From a bacterium (GTDB lineage Bacteria > Patescibacteriota > Minisyncoccia > Phycocordibacterales > UBA1550), in NCBI GenBank assembly GCA_030649835.1, contig JAUSES010000029.1:4130-68129 (forward strand): a DNA stretch of 64,000 nt, given 5' to 3'. Positions 18,415-27,611 of the stretch are shown here, piece after piece. Below the pieces are notes generated by a model. It made no database searches. It worked only from the letters and a program-made list of their open reading frames with translations, and was not told where the DNA came from. A program made the position numbers and the translations under genes. Numbering within the stretch: position 1 is the stretch's first letter; every line of letters begins with the position of its first letter.

Positions 18415-19566
18415 CTAAAGCAGGTACTCCGGCCATGTATCTTTATTGATCACTTTAATACCTAAATTCTTAAATCTCTTTGCAAAAGCTTCTCTAGTTA
18501 ATGCATTAACCTTACTATCTTGCCATTTGCATTCAAAAGCATTGATATATTCACTTTTTCTTTCAACTATATCCACCTCACTCCCGCTATAGGTGCGCCA
18601 AAAACACATATCGACTGATTCATTTTCATGACGATATTTCTTGAGTCGTTCAATAAATACAAAATTTTCCCACAGTTGTCCGATGTCAGTGCGATTTTCA
18701 ATTTGTGCAAAGTTACTTACCACTGCATTACGAATACCGAGATCAACAAAATAGTATCGTTTATTTTTCCCAATTTCGTTTCTTTCGTTCTCAGTATTTA
18801 CGCTTGTTGAAGATGCAATAATGAATGATTTTTCTAAAATACCAATATATTTTTCTACTGTAGTTCGCGACAGCTGTACCCTTGTTGCAATCTCGTTAAT
18901 AGACACATCGTGCCCAATTTGGAGTGCCAACATTTTAAGCACACTTCTAATTCCTTCATGATTTCTTACCCCCTCAAATTCAAGAATGTCTTTATACAAA
19001 TACGCTTGCGTGATATCACGCATCATTATTTCTTTTAGCTTCGTATCATTTTCTTTGCGTATTGCTGGATAATTACCGTATACCAAAACATCGTGAACGA
19101 CCGAAAGCGTCATCACTCGCCCCAAAGTGAGGTCTATCTCGTGCATATCAAGAGGATAGAGATTGAGATAGCTTGCCCTTCCCGTGAGTGGCTCCGTGGT
19201 ATGGTGCGCGAGTCCGAAAGCAGAAGAACCTGTCACTATAAAAATGGCATCCTTATATGTATCCACCAAGAACTTTAAGGTAAGTCCCGGCTCTTCCAAA
19301 TACTGAGCCTCATCTATGATCACCAATTTTGCATTATTGAGGATCGGCGACACTCTCCCTATTGTTCGTGAGGAAAGCTCCTTTGCTGCAATCCGGTCAT
19401 CCCCCTGTAGCCAAACCTTTTTGCCAGAATAGGCGTCAAAATAATCTCGCAGTAGTGTTGTTTTTCCTGCCTGACGCGGTCCATAGACAACAAGGACTTT
19501 TCCTTCTCGCGCAAATTTTTCAATGTTCTTAGATTGTCTGCGAATGAATTTCATTACTGAAAGCAT
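18415..19566 (-). CDS. AAA+ ATPase with a C-terminal DUF4143-like domain (ATP-binding protein)
   Basis: Walker A VVYGPRQAGKTTLL, Walker B VIIDEAQ; the architecture is typical of AAA_14/DUF4143 proteins. Confidence 0.65.
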   Translation of the reverse strand: MLSVMKFIRRQSKNIEKFAREGKVLVVYGPRQAGKTTLLRDYFDAYSGKKVWLQGDDRIAAKELSSRTIGRVSPILNNAKLVIIDEAQYLEEPGLTLKFLVDTYKDAIFIVTGSSAFGLAHHTTEPLTGRASYLNLYPLDMHEIDLTLGRVMTLSVVHDVLVYGNYPAIRKENDTKLKEIMMRDITQAYLYKDILEFEGVRNHEGIRSVLKMLALQIGHDVSINEIATRVQLSRTTVEKYIGILEKSFIIASSTSVNTENERNEIGKNKRYYFVDLGIRNAVVSNFAQIENRTDIGQLWENFVFIERLKKYRHENESVDMCFWRTYSGSEVDIVERKSEYINAFECKWQDSKVNALTREAFAKRFKNLGIKVINKDTWPEYLL

Positions 19567-19818
19567 AGCATACTAGCAATTTTAAAGCAAATATCGCAAA
19601 CATAGTTACATAATTAAAGCAAATATCGCTTTTTTTGAGTGTCTTCACCTCCTGCCCACAGTCTCAAACACTTGCTTGTGCTCAGCACAAGCGGTATTAT
19701 AAAAATGTACCCAATTTTGTAATTTATATTGACACTTTTATTAAGGGGCGATAACCACCCGCAGATTTGGAGAAAACCGCATAAACATTAAGGATTTCGA
19801 GAACTGGCGGGATTATAT

Positions 19819-21351
19819 ATGGACATTAACATTGCACTCACGCTGGGCGGCGTGATGGCAATTTTGGTCGGAGCGATACTAGGCTATGTTTTGCGGTGGT
19901 TTATTTCAATCAGCAAACGGGGATCTGTTGAAATAGAAATAAAGCAGGTGCTCCTTTCTGCAAAGGAAGAGGCACAAAAAATAATAGAAGATGCCGACCG
20001 AAAAGCCGAAGTGTACGGACGCGAGCTTCACGAGGAAGAACGCGAACAAAGTGAACGATTCAAAAAAATAGAAGAGCGACTTATAAAAAAAGAAGAGTTT
20101 CTCGACAAACGACAGCTTGATGTAGATGGCGAAGCAAATCAGATAAAAGAAAAGGAGGAGGAGCTCCGTATGCTCCGTGAAAAAACAAAAAAAGAAACGG
20201 AGCTTGCGCGTCATGAGCTTGAGCGTGTTGCACATCTCGACACAGAGAGCGCAAAAGAGGAATTACTAAAGCGCGTGGAAATGCAGAGTGAGGAAGACAT
20301 CCTCGTACGTATCAAAAAAATAGAGACCGATGGAGAAGCTCGCCTTGCATTAAAAGCACGCGATATCCTTGCGACATCCATTCAGCGTCTCGCTACTTCC
20401 ACCGTCGCAGAAATGATGGCAACTTCGGTTCCTATTGCATCAGATGAAATCAAGGGGAAGATTATTGGGAAGGAAGGCCGTAATATCCGCGCATTTGAGC
20501 GCGCAGCGGGTGTTGAGGTTATTATTGATGACACCCCAGGCTCTATCCTCATTTCATCTTTTGACCCCGTTCGTCGGCAAATCGCTCGTGTAGCACTCGA
20601 GCAACTCATAGAAGACGGGCGTATCCAGCCTGCAAAAATAGAAGAGGCTGTGGAAAAAGCAAAAGAAGAAGTAAATAAAATAACGAGAGAGAAAGGCGAG
20701 CAGGCTGCATATGAGTGTGGTGTGTTCAACCTTGACCCGCGCATCATTGCCATCCTTGGGCGCCTTCATTTCCGTACAAGCTTCGGACAAAATGTTTTGC
20801 AACACTCAATAGAAATGGCGCACATAGGCGGAATGATAGCAGAGGAAATAGGCGGAGATGTCGCCGTCACAAAAGCAGGAGCGCTCCTTCACGACCTCGG
20901 CAAGGCGGTAGACCACGAAGTGCAAGGGACCCATGTGGAAATTGGAAGAAAGATTCTGCAAAAGTTTGGCGTGGATGTGCGGATCATCCAAGCAATGCAG
21001 TCCCACCACGAGGAATACCCCTACGAGACACTAGAGTCAATTATTGTCCAGACTGCAGACTCCATTTCTGGTGGGCGCCCCGGTGCGCGACGTGACTCTG
21101 CAGAAAACTACATAAAGCGCCTTGAAGACCTTGAGGGTATTGCAAAATCCTTCCCCGCTGTGGAAAAAACCTATGCAATACAAGCCGGAAGAGAGCTTCG
21201 CGTGTTTGTACGCCCAGAGGAAATCAGCGACCTCGAAGCAAAGAAGCTTGCGCGCGACATCGCAATACGCGTAGAAAAGGAGCTCAAGTACCCAGGTGAA
21301 ATAAAAGTAGCAGTGATTCGTGAATCACGAGCGATAGAGTACGCGAGGTAG
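19819..21351 (+). CDS. rny: ribonuclease Y
   Basis: N-terminal TM, coiled coil, KH (IIGKEGRNIRAFE) and HD (LLHDLGKAVDHE) domains. Confidence 0.9.
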   Translation: MDINIALTLGGVMAILVGAILGYVLRWFISISKRGSVEIEIKQVLLSAKEEAQKIIEDADRKAEVYGRELHEEEREQSERFKKIEERLIKKEEFLDKRQLDVDGEANQIKEKEEELRMLREKTKKETELARHELERVAHLDTESAKEELLKRVEMQSEEDILVRIKKIETDGEARLALKARDILATSIQRLATSTVAEMMATSVPIASDEIKGKIIGKEGRNIRAFERAAGVEVIIDDTPGSILISSFDPVRRQIARVALEQLIEDGRIQPAKIEEAVEKAKEEVNKITREKGEQAAYECGVFNLDPRIIAILGRLHFRTSFGQNVLQHSIEMAHIGGMIAEEIGGDVAVTKAGALLHDLGKAVDHEVQGTHVEIGRKILQKFGVDVRIIQAMQSHHEEYPYETLESIIVQTADSISGGRPGARRDSAENYIKRLEDLEGIAKSFPAVEKTYAIQAGRELRVFVRPEEISDLEAKKLARDIAIRVEKELKYPGEIKVAVIRESRAIEYAR

Positions 21352-21373
21352 GACAGAAATAAAATTGTGTATT

Positions 21374-21414
21374 AGTAAGCCCCTGATTTTGCTTCGCAAA
21401 ATCAGGGGCTTACT
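21374..21414 (+). terminator. rho-independent terminator after rny
   Basis: agtaagcccctgattttgc ttcg caaaatcaggggcttact. Confidence 0.6.
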
Positions 21415-21461
21415 AAATTAATAGTTCAAAAAATAAACCCCCAAAAGTCCAAGTCCCCAAT

Positions 21462-21497
21462 TTCGCAATAAACAGCTATAGCTGTTTATTGCGCGAA
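21462..21497. promoter_or_regulatory. ~35-bp palindrome P1 (ttcgcaataaacagctatagctgtttattgcgcgaa) just upstream of the PaaX-like gene
   Basis: Perfect dyad. A near-identical palindrome P2 lies at 22141..22190, just downstream of the same gene. Confidence 0.6.
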
Positions 21498-21505
21498 TCA
21501 ATTAA

Positions 21506-22111
21506 GTGGTATATACTATCAAAATGTCCGCAAGTAAACTCCAAAGGCATGCGCGCCAAAAGCCCCGTCGTAGTGCCTTGCAGCAAAAAATTCTTCTTCT
21601 CTTGTCCGCTGGCCTCGCGCTCGGGCTTACCCGTAACCCAAATCAATACTTTCGCATTGTACGAGAGGCAGGAAAAGAGTTGGACAAAATAAACCGCGGC
21701 TCTCTTAATCGCGCGATCCGCTCTCTGTATGAATCAAAGCTTGTTTCCACAAAAGACAACCATGATGGCACACTGACACTAGTGTTGTCTAAAGAAGGGA
21801 AGCAGCTTGCGTTGACGTACAACATTAATAACATGGAGATAAAAAAGCCGACACAATGGGACGGAAAGTGGCGGATTGTGATGTTTGATGTGCCAGAGCC
21901 ACTCAAAAAAGTGCGCGACTCGCTTCGTATGCATTTTAAAAATATGGGATTTTATGAATTTCAGAAATCTGTGTTTGTGCATCCGTATCCGTGCGCAAAG
22001 GAGATAGAGTATATTGTGGAGTTTTATGAGGCGCAAAAATATATTCGATTTATTGTTGCGACAGATATTGATAACGCACTGGAGCTGAAGAAGAATTTCC
22101 ATCTTCTTTGA
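21506..22111 (+). CDS. PaaX-like transcriptional regulator domain protein (wHTH plus PaaX-C-like domain)
   Basis: WDGKWRIVMFDVPEPLKKVRDSLRMHFKNMGFYEFQKSVFVHP resembles the PaaX C-terminal domain (Cas2/VapD-like fold). Confidence 0.45.
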   Translation: MVYTIKMSASKLQRHARQKPRRSALQQKILLLLSAGLALGLTRNPNQYFRIVREAGKELDKINRGSLNRAIRSLYESKLVSTKDNHDGTLTLVLSKEGKQLALTYNINNMEIKKPTQWDGKWRIVMFDVPEPLKKVRDSLRMHFKNMGFYEFQKSVFVHPYPCAKEIEYIVEFYEAQKYIRFIVATDIDNALELKKNFHLL

Positions 22112-22140
22112 ACGCTCAGTGTCACCGCCCCCGCCGCCAC

Positions 22141-22190
22141 TCTCTCCCGCGCAATAAACAGCTATCGCTGTTTATTGCGCGGGAGAGAGC
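22141..22190. repeat. 45-bp palindrome P2 (ctctcccgcgcaataaacagcta tcg ctgtttattgcgcgggagag)
   Basis: It shares its core with P1 and sits between convergent genes, so it is likely also a terminator. Confidence 0.6.
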
Positions 22191-22317
22191 TAGTGGGAAA
22201 CATTAGTGTTATTTCCGTACGTGTCTTTAGTAAGGGGTTTTATGGTTTTGCAGAAAAAAGCCCACTGCGCCTTGGGAGACGAGCGGGCTGAATTAGAACC
22301 AAAATATTGTATAGAGG

Positions 22318-23049
22318 TTAAGAAACTGCTGAACGGAGACCGCACCGCGCGCCCGAACTGCCGGGGCCGTCCCAATGCACGCGCACCCTGTCGTCGTCCA
22401 GGCCCACGCTCGGCACATAGCCATCGGCACGGCGAGAACCGGTGCAGAGTGTCCACCCAATGATGTCCAAGTGTTCCCCCGTTTCATCGAAATAAGAAAT
22501 CTCGAGAAACATCCTCTCAAGAAGCGTCATTCCGATTTTCATGTCAGGATCCGCTTGGTAGGTCGACTTGCCCAAATACTTCTCATCAGGTTCTACCCCT
22601 ACACGTACCCAAATGGCATACGTTTCCTTGGTGTCGCGCGCATTTTTTGTAACACTCTCATCAAGGTTATCAGAATATTTCCAACACTTGAATGCTTTGC
22701 TCATTCGGTCATACACTTGATTCAGTGTCAGTCCACGCGCGATGATAAGCAAACGCCAATCGCCTTCTGTTGGCACATCAGGGATATGCACGTCAGCTAC
22801 ATTGAGGTCAAGCGAAAAATACTTCTGGTAGAATTTCCGCCAGGCTTCGCGCTTCTCAACATACAAGTCGGTTTGATTGAACATCTCCCGTAATTGCTTG
22901 CGGATTGATTCCTTCTTGCCGATATAATACTGTAGTTGGGAATCAGTCATTTGACTGAAAATTGCTATTAGTATCTCAGTGATAAACCCGATGAGAATGC
23001 CGATTTTCGTAAAGAATTTCGGGCTTTTGGGGGTCTGTTCCATTTTCAT
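22318..23049 (-). CDS. hypothetical membrane-anchored protein (N-terminal TM). The 3' ~130 nt are anomalously GC-rich.
   Basis: ORF. The N-terminal helix is IGILIGFITEILIAIF. Confidence 0.4.
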   Translation of the reverse strand: MKMEQTPKSPKFFTKIGILIGFITEILIAIFSQMTDSQLQYYIGKKESIRKQLREMFNQTDLYVEKREAWRKFYQKYFSLDLNVADVHIPDVPTEGDWRLLIIARGLTLNQVYDRMSKAFKCWKYSDNLDESVTKNARDTKETYAIWVRVGVEPDEKYLGKSTYQADPDMKIGMTLLERMFLEISYFDETGEHLDIIGWTLCTGSRRADGYVPSVGLDDDRVRVHWDGPGSSGARCGLRSAVS

Positions 23050-23279
23050 GGTCTTTTCCTTTGTAAAAGTGCTACGACTTCCAGATCTGCTGGACCAGTA
23101 ACTAGCTTCAAGAATAGCACGATTGGATAGAACTTGTCAAGTAGCATAAAAATCCTTGTATCTATTGCGTAAAAAAACAGACGGGGGTATACTATTTGAT
23201 AAGGGGGCTCGGGGAGCCGTTGCGCCCGAGAAACTCGGTTTTAGTATTAAAAGTTTAATAGTTAATTACATAATATATT

Positions 23280-23552
23280 ATGAACAAAGCAGCTATCGCA
23301 GAAATCATCCACGAGAAAATGGGTGGTACAAAAGTTTCAGCAGAGCAGACACTTGAGGCAATCCTCGAGGCAATGGTAAAGACCCTTAAGGGTGGTGGGG
23401 AGGTTTCAATCGCAGGACTTGGTATCTTTTCAACAAAGGCACGCGCAGCTCGCACCGCACGTAACCCAAAGACTGGTGAAGCTATTCAGGTGAAAGCAAC
23501 AACCGTTCCAAAGTTCCGCGCCGCAAAGGCTCTCAAGGACGCAGTAAAGTAG
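23280..23552 (+). CDS. hup: DNA-binding protein HU
   Basis: IHF/HU fold sequence (…GEVSIAGLGIFSTKARAARTARNPKTGEAIQV…). Confidence 0.9.
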   Translation: MNKAAIAEIIHEKMGGTKVSAEQTLEAILEAMVKTLKGGGEVSIAGLGIFSTKARAARTARNPKTGEAIQVKATTVPKFRAAKALKDAVK

Positions 23553-23612
23553 GTTCAAAAAAAAGAAAACTCAGGCTTTTAAAAAGCCTGAGTTTTCTTT
23601 TTTTTTGAACCT
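23553..23612. terminator. bidirectional palindromic terminator between hup (+) and the methyltransferase gene (-)
   Basis: gttcaaaaaaaagaaaactcaggcttttt aa aaagcctgagttttctttttttttgaac. Confidence 0.6.
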
Positions 23613-23627
23613 ACAAGTACAGTCCAT

Positions 23628-24236
23628 TTAGATTTTATAAATAAACCATGCGCCAACAATCCCACCCAACAACGGCACAAAAGATATTTTCTTAGATTTG
23701 ATGACCTCAAATATTTTTGGGTCTGTAATTCGTCCATGTCGAGCGCGAGCCCCCAATCGTAGTGCATTGATTCCTTTTTCTTTTGACCGAGTACGAAGTG
23801 TGTCACTTACTGCCACTTGCGTCATTTTGTCAGTTGGTTCAATAACGAGCAAGACACCGCCATGTTTTACCGCACTAAAAAGCGAGATTAGGGCGGCAGA
23901 CTTATCTTCAAGTGTCGCAAGTAAAGAAGACGCGGAAACAACATCCGCACTTTCTTTCTTGAGATGCAATGCATCTCCAACCTCAAAAACCGCATTTGAC
24001 CTTTCATTGTGAGCAATTCTCCTTGCCTCACGAATCATAAAAGGATCTGTGTCTATTCCTGTTGCGTCGTATCCATTTTCTACGGCAAGACGGGTCATGA
24101 GCCCTGGCCCACAGCCAACATCAAGCCACTTCCCGTTTTCAATCCTTGGAAGAATGTTCACCGCTTCAGAGTGTAGGTTTTTGTAAAAAACTGCTCCTTG
24201 TAACCAAACAAATAATTTTGCACTTAGATAGCTCAT
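23628..24236 (-). CDS. class I SAM-dependent methyltransferase
   Basis: LDVGCGPGLMT is motif I. Confidence 0.7.
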   Translation of the reverse strand: MSYLSAKLFVWLQGAVFYKNLHSEAVNILPRIENGKWLDVGCGPGLMTRLAVENGYDATGIDTDPFMIREARRIAHNERSNAVFEVGDALHLKKESADVVSASSLLATLEDKSAALISLFSAVKHGGVLLVIEPTDKMTQVAVSDTLRTRSKEKGINALRLGARARHGRITDPKIFEVIKSKKISFVPLLGGIVGAWFIYKI

Positions 24237-24620
24237 TTATTGGTCGTTAGACTTTTTCGGCATCCAAAACAAGAGAAGAGCCACAAAAGCCGTCGCATTT
24301 ACCATCGGGAATAATGACACCGACAAAGCGAGTGTACCATTTATCGTATAGAATATTCCCACCGCAAGATCGACAATCTGGATAAATAACATGTTTTTTA
24401 TCCAAAATACATTCTTTTCTGGATTTTTGGCGATAGCAAACATCCCTACCCCGTATGCGAGAAACCGTGCGGCCAGCATTCCAAGCAAATAAGCGCCGTC
24501 AGTGGGAATGACGGAGAGCCCCATCCATCCAACAAGATTAAGTGGCACAAAAAGAAGCCCAGCCCCTAAAATGAGTTGCACAACACCAATTAATCTTAAT
24601 AGAATCTTCAATTTTTTCAT
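24237..24620 (-). CDS. four-TM membrane protein, directly abutting the downstream methyltransferase gene
   Basis: Hydropathy; operon adjacency. Confidence 0.45.
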   Translation of the reverse strand: MKKLKILLRLIGVVQLILGAGLLFVPLNLVGWMGLSVIPTDGAYLLGMLAARFLAYGVGMFAIAKNPEKNVFWIKNMLFIQIVDLAVGIFYTINGTLALSVSLFPMVNATAFVALLLFWMPKKSNDQ

Positions 24621-24705
24621 AATATTTTTTAAAAATTAATAAACTTGCACCTCAAAAGAATAGCAAGTATACTATCTAATGTAAAGTAGTTACCTTTTAG
24701 AAACC

Positions 24706-25044
24706 ATGAAAAACACAAAACTTATCAAAGATGTCCCGTCTCTCTGTAGTCCAGACTGTCCTGTGAAAAAGACTGCCGATATTATTGATGGGAAATGGGT
24801 TACCCTTATTGTTCGTGACCTTTTATCAGGCAAAAAAAGATATTCGGAATTATTAAAGTCCCTTGTGGGCGTTAGTCCCAAAATCCTTGCAGCACGACTA
24901 AAATATCTTGAGGAAAAGGGAATCCTCACGAGAAAGCCTTATCCTACGGTCCCTCCAAAAACAGAATATGAATTAACAAAATTAGGACTAAAATTAAAGG
25001 ACGTTGTACTTGCAATGGAGGTGTTTGGAGAACATCTTTCATAA
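24706..25044 (+). CDS. HxlR-family winged-helix transcriptional regulator
   Basis: CPV…IIDGKWVTLIVRDLLSGKKRYSELLKSL…YPTVPPKTEYELT is HxlR-type. Confidence 0.75.
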   Translation: MKNTKLIKDVPSLCSPDCPVKKTADIIDGKWVTLIVRDLLSGKKRYSELLKSLVGVSPKILAARLKYLEEKGILTRKPYPTVPPKTEYELTKLGLKLKDVVLAMEVFGEHLS

Positions 25045-25133
25045 AATATGACATCTCTCATACTACCTTCCTATTGCATTTTTTAGTAAACTGGTTTACT
25101 ATATCTTAACCCTGCTAATGGGGCAAATAAAAA

Positions 25134-25553
25134 ATGTGGATTAAAACTTATAGCAAAAAAGTAACGGGAGTGAATATAAATAAAATCTGGAGCGTTTGGA
25201 CTGATGTAAATAATTGGCATACATGGCAAGATGATATTGATTATGCAAAAATAGAAGGAGTATTTGAAGTTGGTAATACTTTTCTGCTCAAGCCAAAGGG
25301 TGGCCCTAAAGTGAAGATTGAAATTATTAGAGTTGAAGAAACTGTAAATTTTACTGATCTAACTAAATTTCCTCTTGCGAAAATGATTGGATCTCACGAT
25401 TTTATTATAGATGGGAACGAATTAGAAATTCGAACAACAATGTCCATAAAGGGGCCATTGTCTTTCCTATGGAGAAAAATAGTTGCAGAAGGTGTTGCAA
25501 ATGGAATGGAGGAGCAAACTAATAAACTTATTGAGCGTGCAAGAAATGTCTAG
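25134..25553 (+). CDS. SRPBCC (polyketide cyclase/AHSA1-like) family protein
   Basis: Typical partner of HxlR regulators; beta-rich 139-aa protein. Confidence 0.5.
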   Translation: MWIKTYSKKVTGVNINKIWSVWTDVNNWHTWQDDIDYAKIEGVFEVGNTFLLKPKGGPKVKIEIIRVEETVNFTDLTKFPLAKMIGSHDFIIDGNELEIRTTMSIKGPLSFLWRKIVAEGVANGMEEQTNKLIERARNV

Positions 25554-26016
25554 ACAATCTACTTTTAAACATGAGGAAGCTGACGACAGCGCAGGGTTCT
25601 TGCTTTGGAAAATAACAGTTCTGTGGCAAAAAAAGCTGTCAACAGTACTTGATCGCTTTAAGATTACTCAAACACAATATGCAATACTTGCTTCTTTAAG
25701 GTGGTTTGAAGAAAGAAATGAGCCACTGAAACAATCTCACCTAGCAGAACATACAAAAATAGACAAAATGACCCTCTCTAAAGCTATTCGGATGCTCGAG
25801 AAAAATGGATTAGTACTTCGGAAGAAATCAGTGCGTGATAGCCGAGCTACGGATGTTTTCTTTACTCCCCAAGGAAAAAAAATTACTGAGAAAGCTATCG
25901 TTGCTATTGAAAAAGCTGATGATGAGTTTTTTGCATGCCTCACCATAAAAACCCTTATTGAGTATAAAACCTTTACTAAGGTAATTATCTCGACAAATGA
26001 CTCCGCCTCGAATTAA
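25546..26016 (+). CDS. MarR-family transcriptional regulator
   Basis: wHTH (QYAILASLRWFEE…LAEHTKIDKMTLSKAIRMLEKNGLV). Its start overlaps the upstream stop as ATGTCTAG. Confidence 0.7.
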   Translation: MSRQSTFKHEEADDSAGFLLWKITVLWQKKLSTVLDRFKITQTQYAILASLRWFEERNEPLKQSHLAEHTKIDKMTLSKAIRMLEKNGLVLRKKSVRDSRATDVFFTPQGKKITEKAIVAIEKADDEFFACLTIKTLIEYKTFTKVIISTNDSASN

Positions 26017-26336
26017 AAAACTAAAACCTTATCAGATTGTTCGATCATCTTGAGGAGGTCATTCATTGTGGAGGTCGGAGCAATTTCTATTTTCTCTTTA
26101 CCGCGGATCTTTAGACAACTTCCACAAGCATAAATTTGGCCATTTAGTTTTTGAAACTCCAAAACCTTTACTGATATATCAAAATCGGTACTATCGGAAA
26201 TGGTATCAATCTCAGAGCCTTCATTCATTAGAAAAATTTCTACCTGATGCCCTGCTTTCATAGCGGTTAGACCAAGACGAAATGTATTATAGACACTTTC
26301 TATTTTATTCGTCTGTAGGATGATGCCAAGTTTCAT
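26013..26336 (-). CDS. DsrE/DsrF/TusD-like sulfur-relay family protein
   Basis: 107 aa with a DsrE-like fold and a conserved Cys (YACGSC). Confidence 0.55.
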   Translation of the reverse strand: MKLGIILQTNKIESVYNTFRLGLTAMKAGHQVEIFLMNEGSEIDTISDSTDFDISVKVLEFQKLNGQIYACGSCLKIRGKEKIEIAPTSTMNDLLKMIEQSDKVLVF

Positions 26337-26354
26337 GATTTATTTATCTTTAAA

Positions 26355-26372
26355 AAGTTTTCTGTGTGGGAT
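26355..26372. repeat. direct repeat of the 3' end of tRNA-Gly(TCC) (gtgtgggataggggaa vs gtgcgggataggggaa), ~210 bp distal to the tRNA
   Basis: 16/17 nt match with tRNA positions 26565..26580. Confidence 0.55.
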
Positions 26373-26565
26373 AGGGGAACCGGGGTCAAGTTTCTAAGCT
26401 CGTAAACTTGCTAAGAACTTTCTCCCCCGGGAGTCCAAGACACAAATCTGCTGATTCGTCTGCGCCCTTTCGCAAGCTCAAGGTGCCCGCCTCCGCCTTT
26501 CGATTCTCCGTACCCGCTACAAAATGCAACAACGCAGAAACTTTCGTTTCAGCGTTGGCATTTTG

Positions 26566-26636
26566 TGCGGGATAGGGGAATCGAACTCCTGATTTCAGTT
26601 TGGAAAACTGAAGTTATACCATTTAACTAATCCCGC
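26566..26636 (-). tRNA. tRNA-Gly (anticodon TCC)
   Basis: Cloverleaf: acceptor GCGGGAT/ATCCCGC, anticodon loop TTTCCAA, T-loop TTCGATT. Confidence 0.85.
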
Positions 26637-26727
26637 AATTTCTTAGAGAATATCAGAAACGACCGAGTTTCGCAACTGCGAAACTCGGTCGTTTCTAACA
26701 CCTACCAACTAAAACCTATCAACTGTT

Positions 26728-27594
26728 TTAGCCCACAATTGACCTCACTTTTGTCACAATCTCATCCAGTGTAAAGTTTGCCTTTACCATAAAATCTTTT
26801 GCTCCGAGTGTCATTGCCTTGTCAAAATCTTCCTTCTGTCCAAGGTTACTCAATATAACAACAGGGATATCAGCTGTCTTTGGTTCATTCTTAATGCGCT
26901 TTAGTATTTCAAAACCATCCACTCCTGGCAAAATAAGGTCACACAAAATTATTTTTGGCTTCCGTTCTGACAAAATGGTAAATGCTGCCTGTGCATCTAT
27001 CGCATTTTGCACATCAAAACCTTCACCTGATAGTTTTCTGACAAGGAGTTCGCGTAAAAATTTATCATCCTCAATAACTAGTATAAATATTTTTTCGCCC
27101 GTAGAAGGGGCGGGTGTTTCGCTTATTTTTTTTTCATCGTTCATAATTTCTTTAGTTACTCCTGTGCTTTTTATATTTTGTGCCCTAATTCCCCATTCTC
27201 CAGGTGGCGCCATCCCTCCACCTGAGAGCACGTGTTCAACTTTTTCTAAAACTTCATTTGGATCAAATACCGCCTTAATTAAAAATTCTCGCGCACCAAG
27301 CTCCTGCGCACGCTTTATTTCTAGTGGCTGGCCAGAGTTTGAAATAATTATAACAGGAATCGTTCTAAGCTCTGCGTCGGCAAAAAGGTCCTCAAGAACC
27401 TCAATCCCCCCTTTGCGAGGCATTAAAATATCCAAAAGAACACAGTCTGGTCGTTTAGCACGGATCTTTTCCATTGCGATAACCCCATCCTCGGCCTTAT
27501 CCACTATGTAGCCATTTTTTTCAAGCTTCTCCGAGAGTACATCTCGCAAGATAGCATCGTCCTCAACAATTATTATTCTTTTTTTCTCAGGCAT
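26728..27594 (-). CDS. response regulator with two receiver (REC) domains and no output domain
   Basis: Two copies of the D-D-K receiver pattern (IIVEDD…LLDILMP… and ILVIEDD…LCDLILP…). Confidence 0.8.
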   Translation of the reverse strand: MPEKKRIIIVEDDAILRDVLSEKLEKNGYIVDKAEDGVIAMEKIRAKRPDCVLLDILMPRKGGIEVLEDLFADAELRTIPVIIISNSGQPLEIKRAQELGAREFLIKAVFDPNEVLEKVEHVLSGGGMAPPGEWGIRAQNIKSTGVTKEIMNDEKKISETPAPSTGEKIFILVIEDDKFLRELLVRKLSGEGFDVQNAIDAQAAFTILSERKPKIILCDLILPGVDGFEILKRIKNEPKTADIPVVILSNLGQKEDFDKAMTLGAKDFMVKANFTLDEIVTKVRSIVG

Positions 27595-27611
27595 AATATT
27601 TATATATTATA

